IMG/VR virus record: IMGVR_UViG_3300045391_005020
From: a virus
Taxonomy: Duplodnaviria; Caudoviricetes
Reading direction: 5' to 3' (one strand)
Length of the DNA stretch: 64,000 nt
The notes beneath the pieces are model-generated. The model did not search any database, had not been told where the DNA came from, and saw nothing but the letters and a program-made list of their open reading frames with translations. Positions within the stretch are counted from its first letter, which is position 1, and every line of letters starts with the position of its first letter. This document shows, in pieces, positions 1 through 8,938 of this stretch. The position numbers and the translations under genes are program-made.

Positions 1-572
1 AAGGCGTCCTGAACGTTCGTGGCGTTCCACTCTTCCGTGGTCCTCCAACCGATCTCGCCGGCCGCGTCAGTAGCCAAAAAGCGGTTGGCCGCGTCTTCGG
101 GCAGCTCCGGAGCTCCGACGTTGGTTATGCGATTCAGGTTGTGGAACGCGCCCGTTGTCCCGTCTATTCCGCCTATCTCCGCTATCCCGGCTATCGGCCT
201 GAGGTCGAGATCGCCCTCTACCACGAGATTACGCGGCACCGGGAATTGTTGTCCCGGTGCAGGGTTGAAGTACCTGACGTCCAGCGGTTCACCGTGCCGC
301 AGGATGTACGTTCCTCCTGGCTGTACTTCGACGCCGTCGAGCCTCATGGGCCTGGTCTGTCGGGGAAGCTCCGGACGATGCCGGCCAGGTCCCTGGTTGC
401 TCCGGGACGAATCAACGGTCGGCGGGATCGCCCTGATCCAGCTCCACGTCTCGCCATCATGCCCGAAGTAATGGCCGTCCATCCGGACGACCTGGTTGGA
501 CTCGGTCATGGTCGCGGGCAAGTGCATGACCAACGGGGCGGTCACGAATTGGGCTTCAGAGAACTCAGGCAT
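1..572 (-). CDS. hypothetical protein, runs off the left edge (MPEFSEAQFVTAPLVMHLP...)
   Basis: Read manually: ATG at 572 overlaps the end of 565..765; open to window edge; not in ORF track. Confidence 0.6.
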   Translation of the reverse strand, partial: MPEFSEAQFVTAPLVMHLPATMTESNQVVRMDGHYFGHDGETWSWIRAIPPTVDSSRSNQGPGRHRPELPRQTRPMRLDGVEVQPGGTYILRHGEPLDVRYFNPAPGQQFPVPRNLVVEGDLDLRPIAGIAEIGGIDGTTGAFHNLNRITNVGAPELPEDAANRFLATDAAGEIGWRTTEEWNATNVQDA

Positions 573-765
573 CTTCCGGAATTGCTTTCGTGCGGGCTTC
601 GAAGCCGCAGTTGGGACAGAAGTTCACTTGGGACCCGAACTCGCCATTCTGGACCCACAGGGTTCCATTCGGCTCTTCCTCGCAGTGGGTCACGGCCTGG
701 CCCCAGTAACCTGGGTGCGCGGGGAAGTTGAGTCGGCAGTAGTGCTGCTCCGCGGGCCAGTTCAC
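565..765 (-). CDS. small hypothetical protein with CPNC motif
   Basis: GTGA overlap with stop of 762..992; C-terminal part of track ORF 565..1014. Confidence 0.6.
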   Translation of the reverse strand: MNWPAEQHYCRLNFPAHPGYWGQAVTHCEEEPNGTLWVQNGEFGSQVNFCPNCGFEARTKAIPEDA

Positions 766-992
766 TTGTCCGACACCCGCGGACCTTTCTCTTCGTCGTA
801 GAACTGAGCGGTGTTGGTCGTGGTGACTCGCATCGGCGGCGCCGGCTTCATGTCGATCACGGGGCCATGCGTGGACGGAACGGCGCCACAGCCTTGGCAG
901 ATTGGGGTCGGTGGGATGACGCCATGCCACACCGACGGGACCGCAACGGCTCCTCCGCAGATGGAGCACGTGCCGATTACGCGGTCGTACAT
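762..992 (-). CDS. small Zn-ribbon protein
   Basis: CSIC...CQGC pairs; fits gene tiling. Confidence 0.65.
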   Translation of the reverse strand: MYDRVIGTCSICGGAVAVPSVWHGVIPPTPICQGCGAVPSTHGPVIDMKPAPPMRVTTTNTAQFYDEEKGPRVSDK

Positions 993-1195
993 TGCTCTGC
1001 TTTCGCGCGCTCACGATTCCGCGCCACGAGCTCTCTGGTGATTTCCAGGTTGGCTCCGGCGAGCCTCATGTGGTGAAGTAAGACGTCCGATGAACCGGCA
1101 GAGAAGTGCCGGGCCATCCTGAGTGCTTCGATCGCAGCTTCGAGGAAGTGGTCAGCGAGCCTGAGCTCGCCGTCCGTAGGGTAGGATTGGGGCAT
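977..1195 (-). CDS. hypothetical protein, probably leaderless
   Basis: ATG 6 nt downstream of TACAGT box at 1202-1207. Confidence 0.65.
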   Translation of the reverse strand: MPQSYPTDGELRLADHFLEAAIEALRMARHFSAGSSDVLLHHMRLAGANLEITRELVARNRERAKAEQCTTA

Positions 1196-1201
1196 CCCAA
1201 G

Positions 1202-1243
1202 ACTGTAACAGGCAAGTCACACAGTCAAGGCCATTGTTACGAT
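1202..1243 (-). promoter_or_regulatory. conserved phage promoter element
   Basis: ATCGTAACAATGGCC-TTGACT-N15-TACAGT. Confidence 0.8.
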
Positions 1244-1267
1244 CCAGCCACGCGGCCAACCACACGC

Positions 1268-1468
1268 TCAATCGTCGAGCGGCTTGTCCCTAGGCTCCCA
1301 AGTGACCGTGCCCTCGACCAGGATCTTGTCGCGCTCGACATCGATGTTGAAGTGAGCGACGTGGGGTCGGTGATTCGGCGGCCCCTCGTACCACTGATCG
1401 CAGATCCGGAGCCGCATCCCGCCCTTGAAGCTCAAGAGCGAGAAGCACTCTTCCCAGTGGTCGCTCAT
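1268..1468 (-). CDS. hypothetical protein (MSDHWEEC...)
   Basis: ATGA overlap with 1465..1710. Confidence 0.55.
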   Translation of the reverse strand: MSDHWEECFSLLSFKGGMRLRICDQWYEGPPNHRPHVAHFNIDVERDKILVEGTVTWEPRDKPLDD

Positions 1469-1710
1469 CCGTTCCAGGGCCTTCCGGGATCGCTCGGGCC
1501 TTTCCGGATCCAGTGGGGCAGCGGAGCGCGAGCGAGTCTGATCAGACTGAGCCGGGTATTCCGGGCGTGCCAGTCCATGCACTGGTACATGTCGCCGTCC
1601 CGGTCGGCATCCGGGTACTGCTTGTGCAGGTAGTCCAGGATCCTGAACGCTTCGGTCCACAAGGCCCGTTCACGGAACTGTTGGCGGATTCGTCTTATCA
1701 GGTTGAACAT
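1465..1710 (-). CDS. hypothetical protein
   Basis: Fits minus-strand tiling. Confidence 0.55.
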   Translation of the reverse strand: MFNLIRRIRQQFRERALWTEAFRILDYLHKQYPDADRDGDMYQCMDWHARNTRLSLIRLARAPLPHWIRKGPSDPGRPWNG

Positions 1711-1810
1711 AGGGTTTGGGCGGCTGGGTTCGCAGGATGAACTTCCACCAGGACCGGAGCTTCCGGATGTCGCTCAGCGCGACTCCCTTGGGGATTTTGA
1801 TACGCCGCAC
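1670..1810 (-). CDS. 46-aa basic peptide, leaderless GTG start (VRRIKIPKG...)
   Basis: GTG 7 nt after TACAGT box at 1818-1823; below ORF-track cutoff. Confidence 0.5.
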   Translation of the reverse strand: MRRIKIPKGVALSDIRKLRSWWKFILRTQPPKPYVQPDKTNPPTVP

Positions 1811-1817
1811 AGCCAGA

Positions 1818-1859
1818 ACTGTATCACAACCTCGGCGTAGGCAAGTCTATTGTAACGAT
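1818..1859 (-). promoter_or_regulatory. conserved phage promoter element
   Basis: ATCGTTACAATAGAC-TTGCCT-N15-TACAGT. Confidence 0.8.
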
Positions 1860-2005
1860 CTGAACTTACGTAAAAACCAATTGAGGAAGCGGGGTCGCCG
1901 GCGCTCGCGATTGAGCCGGTCCAGCTCGGCGAACTCGGCCTCGAGTCTGGCCCGAGCCAGCTCGAGCTCACGGGCGTCTTCCGGGGAGAGGGGGCGGTAC
2001 TTCAT
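1847..2005 (-). CDS. small coiled-coil protein (MKYRPLSPED...)
   Basis: ATGA overlap with 2002..2361; stop lies inside promoter motif. Confidence 0.55.
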   Translation of the reverse strand: MKYRPLSPEDARELELARARLEAEFAELDRLNRERRRPRFLNWFLRKFRSLQ

Positions 2006-2361
2006 GCGATCAGGTATTTCTGACCGGTCGCTACGACGACCCATTGGGTCACCGGGTCGAAGCCGCCGTACCGAACCACATAGACGTAGTCGTCTGGCAT
2101 GATGAGCGTGAACGAGGACTCGCCGGTCACAGGATCTCGGCGGCAAACCCAGCCGTCCATGTCGGGGAATTCGCGTTTGAGTTCGGCCAGGATCTTCTGC
2201 GCGACCTTGGCGTCACGCGTGTCCATATCCTGGTTCTCGCACTGTTTGACCATCGCGTGGAGGCGATCCAGGATGTCGCACGGCGGCGCGTTATGCTGGC
2301 CTTCGGCGGCACCGGCGATCGCGCAGCAGAACACCAGCAGGAAACTAACCAGAGTACGCAT
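2002..2361 (-). CDS. exported hypothetical protein
   Basis: Signal-peptide-like N-terminus MRTLVSFLLVFCCAIAGA. Confidence 0.65.
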   Translation of the reverse strand: MRTLVSFLLVFCCAIAGAAEGQHNAPPCDILDRLHAMVKQCENQDMDTRDAKVAQKILAELKREFPDMDGWVCRRDPVTGESSFTLIMPDDYVYVVRYGGFDPVTQWVVVATGQKYLIA

Positions 2362-2807
2362 CAGGTGTCGAAGATGCGCGCGGTGACGTCGGCGAGATCT
2401 ACTTTGACGCCCAGCTTGGTCTTCTCATCGCGGCCAGCGGCGCCGCAACCGGTGCAGTGAGTTTCGAAGTAGAAAAGTGACGGTGCGTAGACGTTGCCAA
2501 CCCAGTGGTCGTAGTGGCGTCTGTAGTCATTGATCTCGATAGAGCGGTAGGTGGATCTTTGGGTACGCTTGAACGCGGTGCAGCCGCAGAACTGACACTC
2601 CTGCGGGGCGTCGAAATCTATGAGTCGACTTTCCCAGGCAACCAAGTCGCGGTGCATTGCTTGCCGGTAGTTCTCGATTTTCTGTTCGACTGTCTTGGAG
2701 GGCTCGGCGTCTTCGGTCACGGCCTCGATCTTCTGATCGAGTTCGGCCACGAGGGCTTCGCGGAGCTCTGATTCCACCTGTTTCTCGGACTTACTGAATG
2801 GCCACAT
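2361..2807 (-). CDS. hypothetical Zn-ribbon protein (MWPFSK...)
   Basis: CQFC...CTGC; start re-assigned within track ORF. Confidence 0.6.
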   Translation of the reverse strand: MWPFSKSEKQVESELREALVAELDQKIEAVTEDAEPSKTVEQKIENYRQAMHRDLVAWESRLIDFDAPQECQFCGCTAFKRTQRSTYRSIEINDYRRHYDHWVGNVYAPSLFYFETHCTGCGAAGRDEKTKLGVKVDLADVTARIFDT

Positions 2808-2809
2808 GG

Positions 2810-2974
2810 TTAACCTTTCTGGACCGGGTGCCGCTTGCAGCGCTTGCGAGTGCACTGGTACTCGACGCGCGAGGGACCGTAGGCGCCGCCTCGTCCGCCG
2901 AGGTACATGACGGTCTCGCACGGATGCGGTTCACGAATCTTGGTCCACCAGTATTTGGGACGCTTCGGTTTCAT
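2810..2974 (-). CDS. small basic Cys-containing protein
   Basis: Read manually; ATGA overlap with 2971..3153; fills gap. Confidence 0.45.
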   Translation of the reverse strand: MKPKRPKYWWTKIREPHPCETVMYLGGRGGAYGPSRVEYQCTRKRCKRHPVQKG

Positions 2975-3153
2975 GGCTTCTCGTACGTCATGGTGACGCG
3001 CGCCACGGTCACGTCGTCATCGGTGGTGAAATCGGTCTCAAGGGCGCACTGTGCTGATTCTTCGTCATCGTAGAGCACCGTGCTCGGCTCACCGCCGAAC
3101 AGGACAACCCAGCGCTCGACTGTGACCATAACCGGTTTGCGTTTCTTCGGCAT
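2971..3153 (-). CDS. hypothetical protein
   Basis: Starts 1 nt after rtcB stop. Confidence 0.6.
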   Translation of the reverse strand: MPKKRKPVMVTVERWVVLFGGEPSTVLYDDEESAQCALETDFTTDDDVTVARVTMTYEKP

Positions 3154-3154
3154 C

Positions 3155-4387
3155 TTATCCCTTCACGCACACGACCTGTTTGAGGGTGTGGACGACATCG
3201 ACCAGGTCAGCCTGGGCGGCCATCACGGCGTCGATGTCCTTGTAGGCCGCCGGCGTCTCGTCGATCACGTCGTCATCCTTCCGGCATTCCACACCGGCCG
3301 TAGCGGCAGCGTGGTCAGCTGCGGTGAAGCGACGCTTCGCTTCCGTTCTGCTCATGCGGCGACCGGCGCCGTGGCTGCAGCTGCAGAGCGATTCCTTGTT
3401 ACCCTTGCCGCGCACGATGTAGGAGCGCGCACCCATCGAGCCCGGGATGATTCCGAGATCTCCTTCTCTGGCTCGGACCGCACCCTTGCGGGTGACGAAC
3501 ACGTTCTTGCCGTAGTGGGCCTCGCGGGCGACGTAGTTGTGGTGACAGTTCACGGCTTCTTCGCGGATCTCGAAGAACGGCAGGATGCCCTCGAGGGCGT
3601 AGTGGACGTTCTCGAGCATCAGCTCGCGATTGAGCCGTGCATAGTCCTGGGCCCACATGACCGCGGCCCAGTAGTCGGCGAAGTGCTCCGTCTCCTCCGG
3701 AAAATAAGCGAGGTCCTGGTCCGGGAGATTGATGAAGAAGCGCCGCATGTCCTCTTTGGCCAGTTCGATGAAGTACTGACCGAATCGGTTCCCGACTCCG
3801 CGCGAGCCCGAGTGGAGCATGATCCACACGCGCTGCTCTTCATCGAGGCAGATCTCGATGAAGTGGTTGCCGGTCCCGAGCGTGCCCAGGTGGTTCAGCG
3901 AGTTCCCGCGATCGAGCTTCGGGTGGCGCTCGCACAGCGTCTTGTACCCGGAGGCAAGGTGGTTGTCCCACAAGTACTGGGCACGACCAGATGGATTCCC
4001 GAATGCGCCGCGATCGTTGGGACCGCCGTTGTCGGTGCGGCCGTGCGGGACCGCCTTCTCGATCGCTTCTCTGATGTACCGCAGGTTATCAGGGAGATCC
4101 TTGGCGGTCAGGGTAGTCCGGTTCGCAATCATGCCGCACCCGATGTCGACACCGACTGCGGCCGGGATAATGGCGCCGAGCGTCGGGATCACGGACCCGA
4201 CGGTCGCGCCCATGCCCATGTGGACGTCAGGCATGACGGCCACATGGTTGTGGATGAACGGCATCTTGGCGATGTTCAGCAACTGCTGGCGCGCCGCGTC
4301 CTCGAGCTCGACCCCTTTGGTCCAGCAATAGATCGGAGACCCGTCGGCTTTGATGACGTTGTAGTTCTGTTCGGCTGGCTTGTTCAT
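3155..4387 (-). CDS. rtcB: RtcB RNA ligase (2',3'-cyclic phosphate/5'-OH)
   Basis: MPDVH, VGVDIGCG, GTLGTGNHFIE, HSGSRG, HNY, RKGA, PGSMG, SHGAGR, ETPAAYKDI motifs. Confidence 0.97.
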   Translation of the reverse strand: MNKPAEQNYNVIKADGSPIYCWTKGVELEDAARQQLLNIAKMPFIHNHVAVMPDVHMGMGATVGSVIPTLGAIIPAAVGVDIGCGMIANRTTLTAKDLPDNLRYIREAIEKAVPHGRTDNGGPNDRGAFGNPSGRAQYLWDNHLASGYKTLCERHPKLDRGNSLNHLGTLGTGNHFIEICLDEEQRVWIMLHSGSRGVGNRFGQYFIELAKEDMRRFFINLPDQDLAYFPEETEHFADYWAAVMWAQDYARLNRELMLENVHYALEGILPFFEIREEAVNCHHNYVAREAHYGKNVFVTRKGAVRAREGDLGIIPGSMGARSYIVRGKGNKESLCSCSHGAGRRMSRTEAKRRFTAADHAAATAGVECRKDDDVIDETPAAYKDIDAVMAAQADLVDVVHTLKQVVCVKG

Positions 4388-4830
4388 TTCAGAATGTTCT
4401 CCGGCAGGAGGGATTGGATCTGTTCGATCGCGCCTTCGGCGTACGTGACAGAACTGTCTTCGATATGGTGGACCGCGGTCTCGATCACGAGCTTGATCAC
4501 TTGGCGCGCGGTCTTATCTGGGTCCAGCTCGCCGCCCTCGATCAGGAACTCGACCTGGGCCAACAAGTTCGCGGCGTGGCCATTGAATACTGGCTTGGCC
4601 GTGTCGGTGATGCCGGGCGGAATCCAACCCGGGTCCGGGTTGTAGTGGGCAACATCGTAAGCATGGGTGGCCTTGCACATATCGCACTTGCTGCCATCCG
4701 GCAGCGTCCCGGATCCGCCCGAGCACGAGTTCATCCCGCACTTCGGGCAGCGGACCATGTAGCACTCGCACGTCGGGCACCAGGCCCAGCGGAATTCAGC
4801 GTCGGCCACGGCGGTCCTTCGCCTCACCAA
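4384..4830 (-). CDS. Cys-rich hypothetical protein
   Basis: CPTC, CPKC, CDMC; ATGA overlap with rtcB start. Confidence 0.6.
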   Translation of the reverse strand: MVRRRTAVADAEFRWAWCPTCECYMVRCPKCGMNSCSGGSGTLPDGSKCDMCKATHAYDVAHYNPDPGWIPPGITDTAKPVFNGHAANLLAQVEFLIEGGELDPDKTARQVIKLVIETAVHHIEDSSVTYAEGAIEQIQSLLPENILK

Positions 4831-4939
4831 TGATGGCGATCACGAACCCCAGCACGAACAGTCCGCCCACGATGCAGCCCCAGGTGGGCGAGTGGCGCAT
4901 CAAGACCGCGATCCCGATGGCCGCGAACAGAAGGGGCAT
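4796..4939 (-). CDS. small 2-TM membrane peptide (MPLLFAAIG...)
   Basis: TAATG overlap; hydrophobic. Confidence 0.5.
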   Translation of the reverse strand: MPLLFAAIGIAVLMRHSPTWGCIVGGLFVLGFVIAIIGEAKDRRGRR

Positions 4940-5136
4940 TATTTGAGTCCCATCTCGGCGCGGACCCGATCGAACATCTGCTGCATCGATTCCGGCGAGA
5001 GCGGAGGCGGCTCGGAGGTGTCGACCGGCTGGCCCGTCTCGATCTCGACCACACGGGCACCATGCACGTGCTGCCCACAGCGAGGACAGCGACATCCGTG
5101 GTCTCGATCCCACGCGTCGGAATAGTCGCGCTTCAC
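4939..5136 (-). CDS. small protein with CPRC
   Basis: GTGA overlap tiling. Confidence 0.55.
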   Translation of the reverse strand: MKRDYSDAWDRDHGCRCPRCGQHVHGARVVEIETGQPVDTSEPPPLSPESMQQMFDRVRAEMGLK

Positions 5137-5312
5137 GCCTTCTCCGTCGGCGGCTTCTTGCCGGTCGCCTTAGTCCACATCTCGATCGCGTTCTCTTCGA
5201 ACACGCCCGGCCCATAGAGCTTTCCGTCATCCGGGTCCTCGAGGTACCAACCGGCTTCGTTCGGAAACTTCCAGGTGCCTTTGAGGGCTTCGGTGCAGTA
5301 GTAGAGGTTCAT
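5133..5312 (-). CDS. hypothetical 59-aa protein (MNLYYCTEAL...)
   Basis: Read manually; ATGA/GTGA overlaps on both sides. Confidence 0.55.
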   Translation of the reverse strand: MNLYYCTEALKGTWKFPNEAGWYLEDPDDGKLYGPGVFEENAIEMWTKATGKKPPTEKA

Positions 5313-5518
5313 TGTTCAGTCATCCAGGTGACTTGGGAGATGATGCGGCGGAGTCGCTCCATCACGTCTTCGATGGAGTCCTGTGTCCCGTGCTTGTAGA
5401 TGAGTCGCATCTCTTGGTCGAGTTCATGGAGGGCCGCGAACGCGGCGCCGGCGTGAACAGCCTGGAGATGCTCGATGGAGTCGTCTGGAAGGTTGAAGGT
5501 CAGGGTCGCCTGCGGCAT
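5309..5518 (-). CDS. hypothetical protein
   Basis: TGATG overlap. Confidence 0.65.
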   Translation of the reverse strand: MPQATLTFNLPDDSIEHLQAVHAGAAFAALHELDQEMRLIYKHGTQDSIEDVMERLRRIISQVTWMTEQ

Positions 5519-5784
5519 CAGACCTCCAGGGTCTTGGGAACGTTGAATTTCGCGCGCTCGTCTGCGCTGTCGAAGATCAGGATACGGCCGCGGATCTTCT
5601 GGACGTAATCCGCAAGCGCGGCTTGCGGATTCGCTCCGGTCCCGAACTCACCCCGGAGGAACGGGTCCTGCGCGTCGTTTTTGAGTGAGCTGTCTTCGAA
5701 CCGCGCCTGCCAGGTTTGGCAAGACGGGCTGAACGTAATGAGCAAGGTCTCGTCGATAACTTCCGCGAACTCGGTTAACTTCAT
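5518..5784 (-). CDS. hypothetical protein
   Basis: Coupled overlaps. Confidence 0.65.
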   Translation of the reverse strand: MKLTEFAEVIDETLLITFSPSCQTWQARFEDSSLKNDAQDPFLRGEFGTGANPQAALADYVQKIRGRILIFDSADERAKFNVPKTLEV

Positions 5785-5942
5785 TTCGGGTCCTTCGGCT
5801 CAGTCCAGTCGGCCACGCACGCCATCACGAGCACACCGGCGCAGAAGCCCGCGGCGACCGCGTACCCGCCCGCGTTGGGGAGACATTGGACCGCGTAGTA
5901 ACACAAGAGCCCGGCGAGGCCGAGCCGGAACAGTGAGGTCAT
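5781..5942 (-). CDS. small membrane peptide (MTSLFRLG...)
   Basis: ATGA overlaps; two hydrophobic segments. Confidence 0.55.
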   Translation of the reverse strand: MTSLFRLGLAGLLCYYAVQCLPNAGGYAVAAGFCAGVLVMACVADWTEPKDPK

Positions 5943-6094
5943 CGGTCCTCGCCTTCCATGAGCCGCACGGTCACGACGCACGCGAGGGCGCCGAACACCA
6001 ACCCGAACAGGCTCACACCAGTCAGACGGGTCGCGATGGTTCCAACGGCGGTTCCGACCACGAACGGGATCAGGACGAACCAGATCCGGTTCAT
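5939..6094 (-). CDS. small membrane peptide (MNRIWFVLIP...)
   Basis: ATGA overlaps; two hydrophobic segments. Confidence 0.6.
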   Translation of the reverse strand: MNRIWFVLIPFVVGTAVGTIATRLTGVSLFGLVFGALACVVTVRLMEGEDR

Positions 6095-6261
6095 CGTTCC
6101 CCGCGTAGGTAAGCGAGGGTGTCGACCAGGAGGGCCACACCGAGACCGGTCAGGATCGCGGCGACCATGGTGGTCCCGTACGTGACGCCGCGGGACAGTG
6201 CCAGGAAGGTAACGCCCGCGCTGGTGACCAGGCCGAGCAAAACAGTCAGGTAGGTGCGCAT
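6091..6261 (-). CDS. small membrane peptide, leaderless (MRTYLTVLLG...)
   Basis: ATG 7 nt after TACAGT at 6269-6274; not in ORF track. Confidence 0.6.
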   Translation of the reverse strand: MRTYLTVLLGLVTSAGVTFLALSRGVTYGTTMVAAILTGLGVALLVDTLAYLRGER

Positions 6262-6268
6262 CCGCACC

Positions 6269-6310
6269 ACTGTACAAATGGCCTTACTGAGTCAACCGGA
6301 TTGTTACGAT
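6269..6310 (-). promoter_or_regulatory. conserved phage promoter element
   Basis: ATCGTAACAATCCGG-TTGACT-N15-TACAGT. Confidence 0.85.
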
Positions 6311-6633
6311 TCGTCCGGTGGCGTCGGAGTCTTGCGGCGCCTCGAGGTGGTCGGTCTCTTCCACGAGCTGGCGTCGCCGGGCTGGTACCCGCCGGGGTCC
6401 TTCAGGTACCGCTTCGACTCCGGTTCACGCTCGTCGCAGGGCTGAAACCTCGGCGATTTCATGAGCCGATCCGCCGCGGCCTCGATGGTGAGGCCAGACC
6501 GGTAGTAACCAAAGACGTCGATGGGGCTTAGCATGGCTTCGATCTCGACTCGGTCCCGAACGACCCGCCTGGCGACCAGTTCGCCCTTCAGGAAATCGAA
6601 CCACTCAGCGAAGCCGACCTTCTCAGGAACCAT
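6304..6633 (-). CDS. hypothetical protein
   Basis: AAGGA upstream; TAA stop within promoter motif. Confidence 0.6.
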   Translation of the reverse strand: MVPEKVGFAEWFDFLKGELVARRVVRDRVEIEAMLSPIDVFGYYRSGLTIEAAADRLMKSPRFQPCDEREPESKRYLKDPGGYQPGDASSWKRPTTSRRRKTPTPPDES

Positions 6634-6729
6634 AGCGAGCTCATCCTTTGCCGTAAAACGAGGCCCAAACTTATTACGGCTCTGATCGGCGCTAGTTGAT
6701 TCTATGCCCTGTCGAGCTCGCTTGAGTCA

Positions 6730-7185
6730 CTAACCAAAAAGCCGGTCGATAAATACAGCTCCGTCCAGGTGATCGATCTCATGCTGCAAAATGATCGCGG
6801 TGAAGGTTTGGGACGCCGCGAGTGACTCGCCTTTATGGTTCCCGAGGTGATCCTGGTACTCCACTACGATCGCGGCCGACCGCGGGACCTCGAGCTCCAC
6901 GCCGGGGAAACTCAGGCATCCCTCTGGGCCTGAGTGCTTGCCGTCGCGCTTGGTGATCCGTGGGTTCACCCAGATGCAGCTGAGACCTGAGCGAAAACTT
7001 TTGTGTCGCGTCACACAAACGCGGCGCGGATCGCCGACCTGGTTGGCGGCGAGCCCGATGGCCCCATAGGCGTCCATCGTGTGAATCATGTCGTCTATGA
7101 GTGTACGGAGATCGTCGTCGAACGCCGTGACTTCGGCGGTCGGTTTTAACAGGAGGGGATCAGGATACTGGAGAACCCGAAGCAT
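6730..7185 (-). CDS. def: peptide deformylase
   Basis: GLAANQVG, EGCLSFP, QHEIDHLDG; start at TAATG overlap. Confidence 0.95.
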   Translation of the reverse strand: MLRVLQYPDPLLLKPTAEVTAFDDDLRTLIDDMIHTMDAYGAIGLAANQVGDPRRVCVTRHKSFRSGLSCIWVNPRITKRDGKHSGPEGCLSFPGVELEVPRSAAIVVEYQDHLGNHKGESLAASQTFTAIILQHEIDHLDGAVFIDRLFG

Positions 7186-7667
7186 TACTCGTTTGGGTTC
7201 GTTGGCTCGGAATACGAGCCGCCGCAGTAGGGGTTCCAATCGGTCTTGGTCGGCTCAATACTGGTCGGTTTGTCTGTGTAGAAACCGGAAGTCTTGGTCT
7301 TATTGACCAAACCGGTCCCGTCGCAGTCCCGGCATGCACGCATGTCGTACGGCATCCACCTGCTCCGAACCTCGCCGCTTCCGGAGCACTCATTGCAGTA
7401 CTCGACCTTCGGCTCAGTGCCGTCGCACGATCCGCAGTGTCCTAGCTTGATCTCGTATTGACCGCACGCCGGACAAACGTCGTGGTTGTATACTTCGGTC
7501 TCGTATGTCTCGCGCACGACCGCGGACAACGTGTCCATCGCGCCGGCGCCATTGCTGAGCAACCGGTGCGCCGCGCACAGCGCGAACGCCATGTCGCCCC
7601 AGTCTTGGGACTTCAGCGCACGAACCAGCATGGTTCTGAGCGCGTCGGCATCTTGCTGCTCAGTCAT
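7185..7667 (-). CDS. protein with DnaJ-type CxxCxGxG Zn-finger repeats
   Basis: CGSCDGT, CNECSGSG, CRDCDGTG. Confidence 0.65.
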   Translation of the reverse strand: MTEQQDADALRTMLVRALKSQDWGDMAFALCAAHRLLSNGAGAMDTLSAVVRETYETEVYNHDVCPACGQYEIKLGHCGSCDGTEPKVEYCNECSGSGEVRSRWMPYDMRACRDCDGTGLVNKTKTSGFYTDKPTSIEPTKTDWNPYCGGSYSEPTNPNE

Positions 7668-7947
7668 CCATCATCCCTTTGAGGCGCTGCTGGTAGTCGC
7701 CGTAGTGATCCTTCATGAACTTCGCCCACCACGGATCCGGGGTCCACACCCAGCGGCATTCACCGTTCTCGTCGAGGGGGCCGAAAATGTCGCGGTGTCC
7801 AGCACCGACCATCGCGGCCTCGACTCGGACTCTCGAGTCACCAACGTAGATCCCGGTGTCGCGCGCGTACCAGGTGAGCTTCCACACCGAGATCCCGATG
7901 ATGCCGATCAGAAACCAGCGAATGTTGCGGTACGTTGTGGGCTTCAT
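7660..7947 (-). CDS. membrane-anchored hypothetical protein
   Basis: N-terminal hydrophobic helix. Confidence 0.6.
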   Translation of the reverse strand: MKPTTYRNIRWFLIGIIGISVWKLTWYARDTGIYVGDSRVRVEAAMVGAGHRDIFGPLDENGECRWVWTPDPWWAKFMKDHYGDYQQRLKGMMDD

Positions 7948-7951
7948 GGAA

Positions 7952-8116
7952 TCACGCCTTGCTTGTCATGTGCCAGCCCTTGCAGAACCGACACTCATAA
8001 ACGCGAAGCTTCGAGACGTCGCGGCTAGGTTTGGAAAGAATTTGTCGGCACGCATCCACGGCTGCCGCGGAGTCGGCGAAGCGTTTCTTGCGCATGCACT
8101 CGACCAGTCTGGCCAC
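7952..8116 (-). CDS. small Zn-binding phage protein (…RVYECRFCKGWHMTS)
   Basis: Read manually; GGAGG RBS before GTG; C..YxCxxCxGWH pattern. Confidence 0.6.
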   Translation of the reverse strand: MARLVECMRKKRFADSAAAVDACRQILSKPSRDVSKLRVYECRFCKGWHMTSKA

Positions 8117-8128
8117 AGAACCTCCGGA

Positions 8129-8174
8129 AATAAGACCGGGGCCCAGGCGGCAATCCGCGCAGGGCCCCGGGTCT
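8129..8174 (-). terminator. GC-rich hairpin followed by UAUUU
   Basis: AGACCCGGGGCCC...GGGCCCCGGTCT-TATTT after 8180..8587. Confidence 0.5.
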
Positions 8175-8179
8175 CCTGA

Positions 8180-8587
8180 TTAGCGCTTGATGGTTTTGAT
8201 CGCGTCCTTGGCGGCCGAAACCGACAAGAGCGTGAGCACACCAATCGCTAGATCACGGACGAACGGGCTGGCTGCGTAGCCAGTCACGTTCGCGGCCACG
8301 CCAACGACCAACGTCGCGATGGCAGCCGCGCCCACCATGGGCGCCAAATCGTTCACGAGACCAACGGTCCAGCCGATGACGCCCTTGGGCGACAGGTCGG
8401 TGACGGAGCCGATGAGCTCACGAACCTTCTTGGCCGCCCACATGGTCAGCGGGGCAGCCGTCAGCGCGAACGCCAGGATTGCCACGCTGGCGATCAACGG
8501 ATGACAGGCGATGTAGCACTGATTGTGCAGCACGCCCAAACCGATGAACACAGCGGTCAAGATACTTGTGATGAGACGACTATTCAT
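8180..8587 (-). CDS. multi-pass membrane protein
   Basis: About 4 hydrophobic helices; AAGGAG RBS; own promoter. Confidence 0.75.
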   Translation of the reverse strand: MNSRLITSILTAVFIGLGVLHNQCYIACHPLIASVAILAFALTAAPLTMWAAKKVRELIGSVTDLSPKGVIGWTVGLVNDLAPMVGAAAIATLVVGVAANVTGYAASPFVRDLAIGVLTLLSVSAAKDAIKTIKR

Positions 8588-8614
8588 AGTCGGAACACTC
8601 CTTTGTGAGCCCTG

Positions 8615-8656
8615 ACTGTACCAGATTTAACTGCCAGTCAACCGTATTGTCTCGAT
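8615..8656 (-). promoter_or_regulatory. conserved phage promoter element
   Basis: ATCGAGACAATACGG-TTGACT-N15-TACAGT. Confidence 0.85.
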
Positions 8657-8701
8657 CGAGTGGATTTCCACTTGACGGCACAGGGCTTATGGACGCGGCG
8701 C

Positions 8702-8938
8702 TCAGTAGGCGACCCACGCGTTATCGGGATCTCGGAATTCGATCATCCGATACGTGTGCCAGTTCGGGCCCACGACCTTCACTGACATCTGGTGTCCGTC
8801 TGGACGGACGATCTCGAGCATCAGGCCGGCCGGCAACGGGACCGTCGCGCCGTCCGCGGGCGTGGTCACGTACGTATTTTGGACCGACCACACGATGCCG
8901 TGGTCTGGCGGTACTTGCGAGAGGGTGCAGACGATCAT
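8702..8938 (-). CDS. hypothetical protein
   Basis: ATGA overlap. Confidence 0.55.
   Translation of the reverse strand: MIVCTLSQVPPDHGIVWSVQNTYVTTPADGATVPLPAGLMLEIVRPDGHQMSVKVVGPNWHTYRMIEFRDPDNAWVAY

Noticed and set aside
3080-4645. Long plus-strand ORFs (also 20582..21622, 30662..31684, 39131..40150, 49087..50046, 51849..53171, 56289..57998, 59678..61159)
   Set aside because: Antisense shadows of motif-verified or well-tiled minus-strand genes, expected in GC-rich DNA; no motifs, RBS or promoter.
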